Shown here piece after piece: positions 21,413-29,723 of a stretch of 64,000 nucleotides of DNA. The notes beneath the pieces were generated by a model that did not search any database, was not told the DNA's origin, and saw only the letters and a list, made by a program, of their open reading frames with translations. The stretch comes from an uncultured delta proteobacterium (GTDB lineage Bacteria > Myxococcota_A > Polyangia > Fen-1088). A program made the translations under genes and the position numbers. Every line of letters starts with the position of its first letter. The first letter of the stretch is position 1. Location of the stretch: positions 128,001 through 192,000 of the forward strand of contig CAVTRY010000023.1 of assembly GCA_963737265.1 (NCBI GenBank). The letters are read 5' to 3'.

Positions 21413-22108
21413 TTACTTTCCCGTGACACCTACTGCAAAGCAACAGTATATCGCGTCGGCGCGAGCCCCGACGCGCGCGGTGCCCGGTTTCAGACCAGGG
21501 CCCCGGTTGGCTATGGCGCTGCGGCCACACCCGGGGGCGGAGTCAGAATCCCACAACGCGCCGATGTCGATGGCCACGGCGTCGAAGGGCGGCACGCGGG
21601 CCTCGCCCTCGCCTCCGAAAGTTCCCGCCACCATCCAGCCGTGCTCGGTGCGGTTCAGCACCTCGATGGTGCGTGCCGAGGGATCGACAAACCACAGCCA
21701 TGCAACGCCCTGTTCGCGATAGATGTCCTGCTTTCTCGTTCGGTCGAGAATGGCTGTGGACGGCGAAAGGACCTCGCACACCCAGTCGGGCGCCAAGGCG
21801 AACCACGGTACGTCGGGAAATGCAGGCATACGCTCGCGCCGCCAGCCGGCCAAGTCGGGAACGAGAACGTGCGAACCCAAGTGGAGCTCGGGTTCGTCGA
21901 GAATGATCCAGCCACCAGGGCCGCCGCGTCCGCGGTGGAATGGTGCCGTCAGCGCGCCTCCGACCACCGAGCTGGCGAGAGCATGGCGCGATGCCGGTCG
22001 GGGCGAAACGACTAGGTCGCCATCGACGATCTCACCCACGACGTTGTCCGGAAGGCGGAGGATATGCTCGTAGGTCGCCGGTTGCGGCTGCTTCGAAGGA
22101 AGGGCCAT
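21413..22108 (-). CDS. Uma2 family (DUF820) endonuclease
   Basis: GEIVDGDLVVSPRP, GGPGGWIILDEPELHL, VPDLAGWRRERMP, APDWVCEVLSPST, WFVDP. Confidence 0.92.
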   Translation of the reverse strand: MALPSKQPQPATYEHILRLPDNVVGEIVDGDLVVSPRPASRHALASSVVGGALTAPFHRGRGGPGGWIILDEPELHLGSHVLVPDLAGWRRERMPAFPDVPWFALAPDWVCEVLSPSTAILDRTRKQDIYREQGVAWLWFVDPSARTIEVLNRTEHGWMVAGTFGGEGEARVPPFDAVAIDIGALWDSDSAPGCGRSAIANRGPGLKPGTARVGARADAIYCCFAVGVTGK

Positions 22109-22329
22109 GGGGCCAAGCTTACCAGGCAGTCGGCCCAAACACCCAACACCGTGCCAGGGATTCGATCAAACCGCTGGACGACGTGCGCGACCGCTATGAA
22201 GCAACTCACTGGGAGTTAGACGAGGTCAGCCGAGGCGAGGCCGAGAATGTCTTCTTCACCCAGCATGGGTTCCCGGAAAGGCCGTCCCTCGGCTACACCA
22301 GCTTCAGCAGCCAGCGATCCGCGGATATC

Positions 22330-22440
22330 GCCCAGATCCGTCGCGAGATCCCAGTTGAAGTACCGTCCCGGCCGGCCCGACGGCATGGGCCTTGGCGAGT
22401 GTGGTCTTGCCCACTTGCCTGGGTTCGCCTCGTACCAGGT
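22330..22440 (-). pseudogene. remnant of AAA_14/DUF4143-type ATPase N-terminus
   Basis: (G)EPRQVGKTTLAK Walker A followed in a shifted frame by RYFNWDLATD. Confidence 0.55.
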
Positions 22441-22674
22441 TGTGCCAGTCGGTCCTTTCACGTTCCGCATCATCGAGGCGTCCGTCGAGCTCTTCCCCGG
22501 GGGGCGGCATAAGATCCCACTGCGCGCCGATATCGATGGCCACGGAACTTCGCCCGATCATTTGGTAGGCTGAATCACCGTGGCGTTGCAAAGCAGAATC
22601 CACAGTGAATCTGCGTTGACAATTCCCAGGGAAGCACAACTAATCATCACCCAACTGCCATTTGGGAGCCTTCT

Positions 22675-23574
22675 ATGGTGGACGTAGCCGGATTGGGATC
22701 GGAAGCGAAGATCGAAGAGGCAATGCGACGGTCTCTTCCACGACTTGAACCCGATGCCCGCGCGCAAGTCGAGGCAATGCTATCGCCGGCGTCGCTGGCA
22801 ATCATTGCCGGGACGTTAATTGCCTGGGCTGGGGCGCACTTCGTCGGTGTCGGCGAAATCGTGGATATCGCCCTGCTCGTCGTGGGCTTCACCCTCCTCG
22901 GCACGTCGGCATACGAGGGTGCGAAAGAGCTGGTAGCCTTCGCTCATTCAGCACTCAGTGCGGCAACCGAGTCGGCCCTGGACGAAGCAGCCGAGCATTT
23001 CTCGCGAGCAGTCGTCATTCTGGGAATCACAACGATCTCAGCGATTCTGCTGCGCAAGAGTGCATCAGGGATTATCAAGCGTGGACCACCGCGCACCCAA
23101 CCGATGCCCCGAGTGGGACCGCCACCGCAGCCCGGGACCCCACCACGCATCAGCCGACCCGTCGCACTTCCCAGCGGAGCGCTCGGCGAGACGGATTGGT
23201 GGGGCAACATCGCTGTGACACGCAGCCAATCCGTCAGTGAACAGCGTCTGACGCTCCTGCACGAGTGGGTTCATCGCTTCTTCTCTCCCAGGATCTCTCC
23301 TCTTCGCCAGCTTCGGGCGGAATTGCGGGCCAGCGCCTATTGGCGTTCGGCATTGCTACGCTATCTGGAAGAAGCCTTGGCCGAGTCCTACGCGCAGCTT
23401 CGGATGGGCGTCGGATTGAAGGGCCTCCTAATTGGTGTTTCGTTCCCAGTTGCAAACGGGTACATCACGGTTTCCCAACTCGCCGGCGAAGGTATTGCTA
23501 TCGGTAGCATTGCAGTGGGCGGCGCTCATTTCACGGTCCGTGCCATCGAGAAACCCTGGCCGGAGAAACCATGA
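22675..23574 (+). CDS. putative polymorphic toxin: hydrophobic N-terminal domain plus HExxH zincin-like domain
   Basis: TM-rich N-terminus (GVGEIVDIALL...LDEAAEHFSRAVVILG), Pro linker, TLLHEWVHRFF with downstream EEALAE. Confidence 0.6.
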   Translation: MVDVAGLGSEAKIEEAMRRSLPRLEPDARAQVEAMLSPASLAIIAGTLIAWAGAHFVGVGEIVDIALLVVGFTLLGTSAYEGAKELVAFAHSALSAATESALDEAAEHFSRAVVILGITTISAILLRKSASGIIKRGPPRTQPMPRVGPPPQPGTPPRISRPVALPSGALGETDWWGNIAVTRSQSVSEQRLTLLHEWVHRFFSPRISPLRQLRAELRASAYWRSALLRYLEEALAESYAQLRMGVGLKGLLIGVSFPVANGYITVSQLAGEGIAIGSIAVGGAHFTVRAIEKPWPEKP

Positions 23575-23792
23575 TTTCCGAGGAGGAAGCCGTGCGGTTG
23601 GCCAAACGGCTGGCCCAACAAGAGGGCTGGGCTTGGGTGGATCCCGCGAACGCGATACTTCGCCGCCGCTGGTTCGGGCGAGGTGGAAGATGGGAGATCT
23701 TTTCGAATGCGCACGCTTTGGGGGCAAAGATCCGCGTCGTCCTCGACGCGGATTCGGGCAAGGTTCTGGAACGAGGCTACATAGCGCGGTAA
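23571..23792 (+). CDS. small PepSY-like protein, candidate immunity partner
   Basis: MISEEEAVRLAK...IRVVLDADSGKVL; ATGA overlap with upstream gene. Confidence 0.6.
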   Translation: MISEEEAVRLAKRLAQQEGWAWVDPANAILRRRWFGRGGRWEIFSNAHALGAKIRVVLDADSGKVLERGYIAR

Positions 23793-23822
23793 GAGTGGAG
23801 TGGGAGCGGAAGGATCACCCCT

Positions 23823-24053
23823 ATTGAAGCGCGAGATCTGGCAAGAAGAATCCAGGTCTTGCCGGAGGCAGAGCAGGCGAAGATACTTTCGCGGGTCATG
23901 CAGGCCGAGGGAAAGAAAGTCGCCTGATCCGCGGTGGAAGCGATCCCGCGGCGAATGGGCAAGCTCGGCGTCGAGGATGAGAAGCTGACACGGGAAATCG
24001 TGGAAGTCGTCCGAGAGGTGCGGCGCGAGCGACGGCGCAAAAACCTCAGCTAG
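23823..24053 (+). pseudogene. degraded antitoxin
   Basis: IEARDLARRIQVLPEAEQAKIL...VA*SAVE...LTREIVEVVREVRRERR with in-frame TGA at 23925; precedes a PIN fragment. Confidence 0.55.
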
Positions 24054-24069
24054 CCCAGCGTTGGCCCAC

Positions 24070-24138
24070 GTGCCTGGCCGCAAGCCCCGCGCTGTTCTCG
24101 ACACAAGTGTCCTGGTAGCCGGAGTCTTGCCGCCCCAA
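24070..24138 (+). pseudogene. PIN-domain toxin N-terminal fragment
   Basis: KPRAVLDTSVLVAGVL, then interrupted by a repeat array. Confidence 0.6.
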
Positions 24139-24233
24139 GACCGGATCCCGAAAAAGTACCCTCGGACCGGATCCCGATCCAAAAGTACCCTCGGACCGGA
24201 TCCCGAGAAAGTACCCTCGGACCGGATCCCAAG
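24139..24233. repeat. short irregular tandem array
   Basis: AAAGTACCCTCGGACCGGATCCC at 24153, 24182 and 24208, plus a partial GACCGGATCCCG at 24139. Confidence 0.9.
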
Positions 24234-24413
24234 GCGGAGGATTGCCGTCGAGGCTGGTGATTGGCTGGCCGCCGCACGATCGAGCCACCGATCATCATCC
24301 CGACCAGAGCGCAACGAATGGACGCGTGAGCTGTTCCAGAGGGCCGCACGCGAAGGCGGCCCCTCTCACCATCCGCACCTTCTCGATAAACATCTCAAAC
24401 CGCCGATTTTCCG

Positions 24414-25157
24414 ATGCGAATAGGACGGTGCTCACCATTGATCTTCTTCACCTTCCTGATCTTGTTTGGTAGGCAAGGCGCGGCCGCATCGGACGGGCCG
24501 ATTCCGATTTTCTTGTCGAAGGAGCTAGGAGTGCGCACGCTGTCGGACGTAGCCACCGCCCTGGATCGCCCGCTCGATGGCGGTTGGGTGGTCAAGATGG
24601 CGGCAGGCGAGAAACGCCGGATCAGAACCTGTCGGGATTTCGTTGTGGTGACCAAGTCCCGATTCGAATTGCCCAATGCCGTCGACTGGGCTGCGTGGTG
24701 GCAGCAGGGTGCTCACTGCTTCGCGCTCGACGCCCTCCAGGGGGCGCGGCCGGCCCTTCGCAGTCACCTCGGTTGGTTTCGCTTCTCGAAAACTGGTATC
24801 ACCAAACTACCGCCGCGCCTGGCTCTGTTGGAAAGTCCTGACGACCTCGACGAGGCAACCGCCGCCGAACGAGCGTGCCACGGCTGGGGCCGCTTCGACG
24901 AGACGCTGAGGATTCGTATCGAGGCACCCGACACTGCGGCGCTGCGCAGCGACGGGTGGACCGGACGCCTGGTCCTCTATGCCCGGGCCGACATCGATGG
25001 CGATGGCGTCGAAGATCTCCTCATCCGGCGTGACGCCCGTGCGACCGGAGGATCGGCGGTAGAGTCCCGCGTTTTCGTCGTCACCCAATCGTTGCCAACC
25101 GCGTGCACGCGCGTGGTGCGTGTGATGGGCGCACCCGACGATGTCGGGTCACCCTAA
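24414..25157 (+). CDS. secreted hypothetical protein with Ca-binding DxDGDG loop
   Basis: Signal peptide; ADIDGDGVEDLL. Confidence 0.7.
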   Translation: MRIGRCSPLIFFTFLILFGRQGAAASDGPIPIFLSKELGVRTLSDVATALDRPLDGGWVVKMAAGEKRRIRTCRDFVVVTKSRFELPNAVDWAAWWQQGAHCFALDALQGARPALRSHLGWFRFSKTGITKLPPRLALLESPDDLDEATAAERACHGWGRFDETLRIRIEAPDTAALRSDGWTGRLVLYARADIDGDGVEDLLIRRDARATGGSAVESRVFVVTQSLPTACTRVVRVMGAPDDVGSP

Positions 25158-25316
25158 CTGTCCCCTACACACCAGGCATTGACCTTGGCGGCGGCTGCAC
25201 CTTGCGACAAACGTAACCATGTTTGGTTCGGTGCTTGCCGAGAAGCGAGAAAACCGGCAGCATCACCCATGTCGGCGCCGGGAAGACTGTCTAACTTTCT
25301 CAAGAAGAATCGGCCT

Positions 25317-27296
25317 ATGAAACTCACGACCACCGTTGTATCGCTCGCGCTCGCGCTTCTTGTGACCTCGGGTTGTGTCGAGCGGAAGACGTTCTACAAC
25401 GACGCCTCGACCTCGGACGGGACGGGCGCGCTCGATTCGGCGGGCAAGCCAGGCGTGGATGGGGCTGGCGCGGTCGATACGGCAGCGCAGGCTGATGTCG
25501 CTGGCGGCGAGGTCGCGAACGCGCCTGACGCTCCCATTTCCGTTCCCGATGCCCCCGCGGGTGTCACGGATAGCGGCCCAACGCAGGCGGGAGGTGCAGC
25601 CGGCACGGGCGGCACGGGCGGTACGAATGGCGTCGATGCACCTGTCGGCACCGGTGGAGCTGGATCCGGCGGCGCTGGCGGAACGGGCGGAACCAAAGGC
25701 TCTGGCGGCGGTGGCGTGTCTAGCGGAGGCGCGCCTGGCAGCGGCGGGGTCGTTGGCTCTGGGGGCATCGCCGCCAGTGGCGGCGCCGTGGCTACAGGCG
25801 GTGTGGTTGGCACAGGCGGCATAACGGCCACGGGCGGCGCCACCACCTGCCAGGCAAAGGCGCGAGATTGCACATCGTCCCTGGATAACGACTGCAACGG
25901 CACGCCCGACAACCAAGATTCGACCTGCGTCTGTCCCTCCGGTACCTCCGGCGCGTGTCCCGGCAACAACATTCTGCCCTGCAAGTCTGGCACGCGCACG
26001 TGCATCTTGTCCGCCGACAAGACCAGCACGGCCTGGAGCACGACCTGCGTGGGGCAGGTGCTGCCCGCGGCCGCCGACACCTGTTCGCGTGGAAACGACG
26101 CCAATTGCAATGGCATGCCAAACGAGGGTTGTCAGTGTATCAACGAGGACTCGCCGCTGACGTGCCCATGCGGCACGCAGACGTGCATGAACGGCAAGCT
26201 CGGTGCGTGCGTCACGACCTGCTCGGCGACTCAGACGTGCAGCAGCGCCGGGCAGTGCGTGTGCAACGCGAGCTCATGTCCCAATGGGTGCTGTAGTGGC
26301 AATGAGTGCGTGGCGTACGCGTCCCAGTCGGCCGGCGCATGTGGCGCGGGCGGTTTGGTGTGCGCCGCGTGCGCGGGGAGCTGTGACATCACGAATGGCC
26401 GCTGCCTGGTCACGCTGGCCTCGGGGCAGGGCTTTCCCAACGCCATCGCCGTCGACTCGACGAGCGTCTACTGGACGACCAACATCCCGACGACGGTGAT
26501 GAAGGTACCGATCGGTGGCGGAAGCGTGACCACGCTGGCCTCGCCGACCTCGGCCGGCTTTATCGCCATCAACTCGACGAATGTTTACTGGACGAGCCAG
26601 GTCGGGTACGGAGGCTCGGTGATGAAGGTGCCGCTTGCTGGCGGCAGCACGACCACGCTGGCCGCCACCGGGGTGAATCCCAACGCCATCGCCGTCGACC
26701 CGACGAGCGTCTACTGGTGTGAGGTAAGCGGGAACGTCAACGGTGGCACGGTGATGAAGGTGCCGCTCGCTGGCGGCACGCCGACCACGCTCGCCTCGGC
26801 GCAGGCGGCGCCAGTCGGCATCGCGGTCGACTCGACGAACGTCTACTGGGTGAACGAAGGGAGCAGCCTCGCTGGCAGCACCGACGGGGCGGTGATGAAG
26901 ATCCCGCTCGGCGGTGGCACCCCCACCACGCTGGCCTCGGGGCAGTTTAGTCCCTCGGGCATCGCGGTCGACTCGACGAGTGTCTACTGGGTGAACGCTG
27001 GCGGCTACACGGGCAGCCCCGACGGCACGGTGATGAAGGTGCCCCTCAGCGGCGGCACTCCGACCCCGATAGCTTCGGGACAGATTGCTCCACGGTCCAT
27101 TGCGGTCGACTCGACGAGCGTTTACTGGACCGCTAGCACCGCGGTGATGAAGGCCCCGATCGGCGGCGGAACCCTGACCACGCTAGCCGCGGGACAGAAT
27201 GGTCCGACAGCCATCACCGTCGATTCGACGAGCGTCTATTGGACGAACGACGTCGGTAACGACACCGGCACGGTGATGAAGGTGACTCCGAAATGA
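25317..27296 (+). CDS. lipoprotein with Gly-rich linker, Cys-rich domains and repeat beta-propeller
   Basis: LLVTSGC lipobox, DNDCNG motifs, seven IAVDSTSVYW...VMKVP-type blades. Confidence 0.85.
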   Translation: MKLTTTVVSLALALLVTSGCVERKTFYNDASTSDGTGALDSAGKPGVDGAGAVDTAAQADVAGGEVANAPDAPISVPDAPAGVTDSGPTQAGGAAGTGGTGGTNGVDAPVGTGGAGSGGAGGTGGTKGSGGGGVSSGGAPGSGGVVGSGGIAASGGAVATGGVVGTGGITATGGATTCQAKARDCTSSLDNDCNGTPDNQDSTCVCPSGTSGACPGNNILPCKSGTRTCILSADKTSTAWSTTCVGQVLPAAADTCSRGNDANCNGMPNEGCQCINEDSPLTCPCGTQTCMNGKLGACVTTCSATQTCSSAGQCVCNASSCPNGCCSGNECVAYASQSAGACGAGGLVCAACAGSCDITNGRCLVTLASGQGFPNAIAVDSTSVYWTTNIPTTVMKVPIGGGSVTTLASPTSAGFIAINSTNVYWTSQVGYGGSVMKVPLAGGSTTTLAATGVNPNAIAVDPTSVYWCEVSGNVNGGTVMKVPLAGGTPTTLASAQAAPVGIAVDSTNVYWVNEGSSLAGSTDGAVMKIPLGGGTPTTLASGQFSPSGIAVDSTSVYWVNAGGYTGSPDGTVMKVPLSGGTPTPIASGQIAPRSIAVDSTSVYWTASTAVMKAPIGGGTLTTLAAGQNGPTAITVDSTSVYWTNDVGNDTGTVMKVTPK

Positions 27297-27471
27297 AACG
27301 CTCGTTGACAGCTGTTGGCCTTCGGATCCGCCGGGTGACCCGTTCGATCTGATGCGACAGGGAGGACGCCTCCGAAGGGATGGCGTCACCTCGCGTTCTT
27401 TGTCCCGGCGCCATCGGCGCCCCAGAGAGCGCATCGCCAAAGGCAGCCGATGGCCCGAACCGAACGGTGGT

Positions 27472-27640
27472 TCACTCGACGAAGTACACGTCGTCGACCC
27501 AGATCTCGGTCTTGAGGGGAGGGCCTGCGTCCGGGCCGATGTTCCTCTGGGCCTGCCAGTTGATGCCGTAGACCTGGGCGGGGATCCACTGCGCCTGTTG
27601 GTAGCCCCACGTCGTGTCGATGGCGATGCCGCCAGCGGGG
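27472..27640 (-). pseudogene. C-terminal fragment of carbohydrate-binding-module-like protein
   Basis: WGYQQAQWIPAQVYGINWQ...TEIWVDDVYFVE* with no start codon. Confidence 0.5.
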
Positions 27641-27674
27641 GAAACACCGCCACTGCCGGGCGATTGTGCCTACT

Positions 27675-27709
27675 CGTCCTCCCCGGCGCTCGTGGCGCCG
27701 GGGAGGACG
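27675..27709 (-). terminator. GC-rich hairpin downstream of GH12 gene
   Basis: CGTCCTCCCCGGCGC-tcgtg-GCGCCGGGGAGGACG, perfect 15-bp stem; no clear U-tract. Confidence 0.55.
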
Positions 27710-27722
27710 GCTTTGCGTTCAA

Positions 27723-29618
27723 TTATTGGATGCTGATGTTGTAATCCGTGGTGCTCCAGTTGCCGCCGTAGACTTCGAAACCGGCCTGAATGCCGAGCAG
27801 GTAGGAGTCAGTGGTCAGCCCCAGCCCCGCATATTTGCCGGCCGCGGCTGCGTCCTGGAAGTACTTCAGCAAGTCGAAATTGGTTACGCTGGTCGATGAT
27901 GCCGACGGCAAATAGCTGATGACCTTATCACCCGTTCCATTGGTGCCGCCTGACCACGCAGTCCGCGCCACATTGTCCGAGCCAGTGACAGAGGAACTGG
28001 TGCTACTGCCGAGAGGGCTCTTGCCGGCGTTGCCGATCCAGATCATCAGCTCAATCAGCGCACCATTACTCACGTTCGTAGGCTGTGCCGACGAGTTGCT
28101 GAACCAGACGTCATAGGCCGCGTCTCCAGAGGAGCCCATCGTGAACGACCAGCTGCTCTTCACCGACGTGAGTTGACTAATCTTCTTGCCGCCCTGGTAG
28201 GGTCCATAGAACTGGTCGCCGTCGTGGCCCGGCCCCCACCCGCTGACGATGGCGGGGAAGGATCCGGGGCCATTGTTCGGGGCCTGGAAACTTCCGCCGG
28301 GCGTGTACGTGAACCCAACGCCTCCGGCGGTGGCGCTGACCTGCATGGTCATCGGGTTCCCAGTCAGGGGGAATGGGGCGCTTTGCACGGCATAGCCGTT
28401 GATGCCGTTCACGGCTTGGGGTAGCAGGTTGCTCCAGGTCGGCCCGTATGCGCCGGTGGCTACGACGGGACTCGGAGCAGTAGCAGTCGTCAGCGGCACG
28501 ACGCTCTTGATGCAGAAGTCGTAGGTGTGCGAGACGCTGTCCGGCAGGAAGGAGATCTTCAGGTCGGTGAGGTTGGCTGGGTCCACTGGGATTCTTCCGG
28601 TTTTGTAGTTGGCAACCACTGCGTCGGAAAAGAGCGCGTTATAGGTGACCTCGGAGCTCCCCACGCCGGGGACCGTGATGCCCGGCGCATCCCCGCCTGG
28701 CGTCAGGTCCGTCGTCGTCGGATACTCGACGTTGAGAATCATGCCATTGCTGCCCTTGCCGCTAGGTCCGGGCACGAAGGTGACAGCGAAGCCGACGAGG
28801 CTGCTCGCGTTCCACGATTTAAACCCGGTGCTGCCGGGCGGTCCGGAGTTGACCTTGAGGCCGAGGCCCGCATAACCGCCAGCGGCGATCGTCCCGCTCA
28901 GGCACATTGCGCTTGTAGTCGCGTTCCACGGAATGACCCCGACGGGGTTGCAGGGGCTACTAGTATCGGAGCTGTAGCAATACCAGGCTCCCTGGATACC
29001 CCACGTGTTGTTGCAGATGTAACCCGACGAATCCACGTTGAGCACGCTCGTGTTGGTATTCACGCACCCGCCGGTGCCGGTCGAGCCGCCGGTGCCGGTC
29101 GAGCCGCCGGTGCCGGTCGAGCCGCCGTTGCCGGTCGAGCCGCCGTTGCCAGTCGAGCCGCCGTTACCGGTCGAGCCGCCGTTGCCGGTCGAGCCGCCGT
29201 TGTTTCCGGTCGAGCCACCGTTGTTTCCGGTCGAGCCGCCGTTGTTTCCGGTCGAGCCGCCGTTGCTCTGGCCGCCGCTGCCGGCGCCCTGACCGCCGTT
29301 GCTCTGACCGCCGTTGCTGGTGGTCTGGCCGCCTTTGGCGGACGAGCCGCCGGTGCCGGTGCTCTGGCCGCCATTGCTGGCACTGGTCTGGCCGCCGGTC
29401 TTCTGGCCGCCGGTGCTGCCGGTCTGGCCACCGGTGCTGCCGGTTTGGCCGCCGCTGGACGCGCCGCCGTTGCCGCTGCTGCTGGTGCCGCCCGACGAAC
29501 AGGCGACGAGAGCGAAGGCGAGGCCTCCCACGAGCAACGCTCGGGGGGTCAGCGGACGAGGGACTTGGTCAGACCGGGGATGGTCTAGTCGAGGGCTCGG
29601 GGACTTGGTCAAAAACAT
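27723..29618 (-). CDS. lipoprotein glycoside hydrolase family 12 with Gly/Ser/Thr linker and CBM-like domain
   Basis: ALVAC lipobox; DAAYDVWF, ELMIW nucleophile and GFEVY acid/base motifs of GH12. Confidence 0.82.
   Translation of the reverse strand: MFLTKSPSPRLDHPRSDQVPRPLTPRALLVGGLAFALVACSSGGTSSSGNGGASSGGQTGSTGGQTGSTGGQKTGGQTSASNGGQSTGTGGSSAKGGQTTSNGGQSNGGQGAGSGGQSNGGSTGNNGGSTGNNGGSTGNNGGSTGNGGSTGNGGSTGNGGSTGNGGSTGTGGSTGTGGSTGTGGCVNTNTSVLNVDSSGYICNNTWGIQGAWYCYSSDTSSPCNPVGVIPWNATTSAMCLSGTIAAGGYAGLGLKVNSGPPGSTGFKSWNASSLVGFAVTFVPGPSGKGSNGMILNVEYPTTTDLTPGGDAPGITVPGVGSSEVTYNALFSDAVVANYKTGRIPVDPANLTDLKISFLPDSVSHTYDFCIKSVVPLTTATAPSPVVATGAYGPTWSNLLPQAVNGINGYAVQSAPFPLTGNPMTMQVSATAGGVGFTYTPGGSFQAPNNGPGSFPAIVSGWGPGHDGDQFYGPYQGGKKISQLTSVKSSWSFTMGSSGDAAYDVWFSNSSAQPTNVSNGALIELMIWIGNAGKSPLGSSTSSSVTGSDNVARTAWSGGTNGTGDKVISYLPSASSTSVTNFDLLKYFQDAAAAGKYAGLGLTTDSYLLGIQAGFEVYGGNWSTTDYNISIQ
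29069..29263 (-). repeat. coding 18-21-bp tandem repeat (GGSTGN/T linker)
   Basis: Repeated CCGGTCGAGCCGCCG units. Confidence 0.85.
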
Positions 29619-29723
29619 GGGTGTACCTCCAGGGGGGACAAGTGGAAAGCGGGGCGTTTATACCGCAGGCAAGGGTTGATGGACCCAAAAAGATCGCAAG
29701 GTCGCAAGGTTGGATCGTGCAAC

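Noticed and set aside
23925-23927. In-frame TGA as selenocysteine or recoded Trp
   Set aside because: The gene also lacks a clear start and its partner is truncated; TGA serves as a stop throughout the window.
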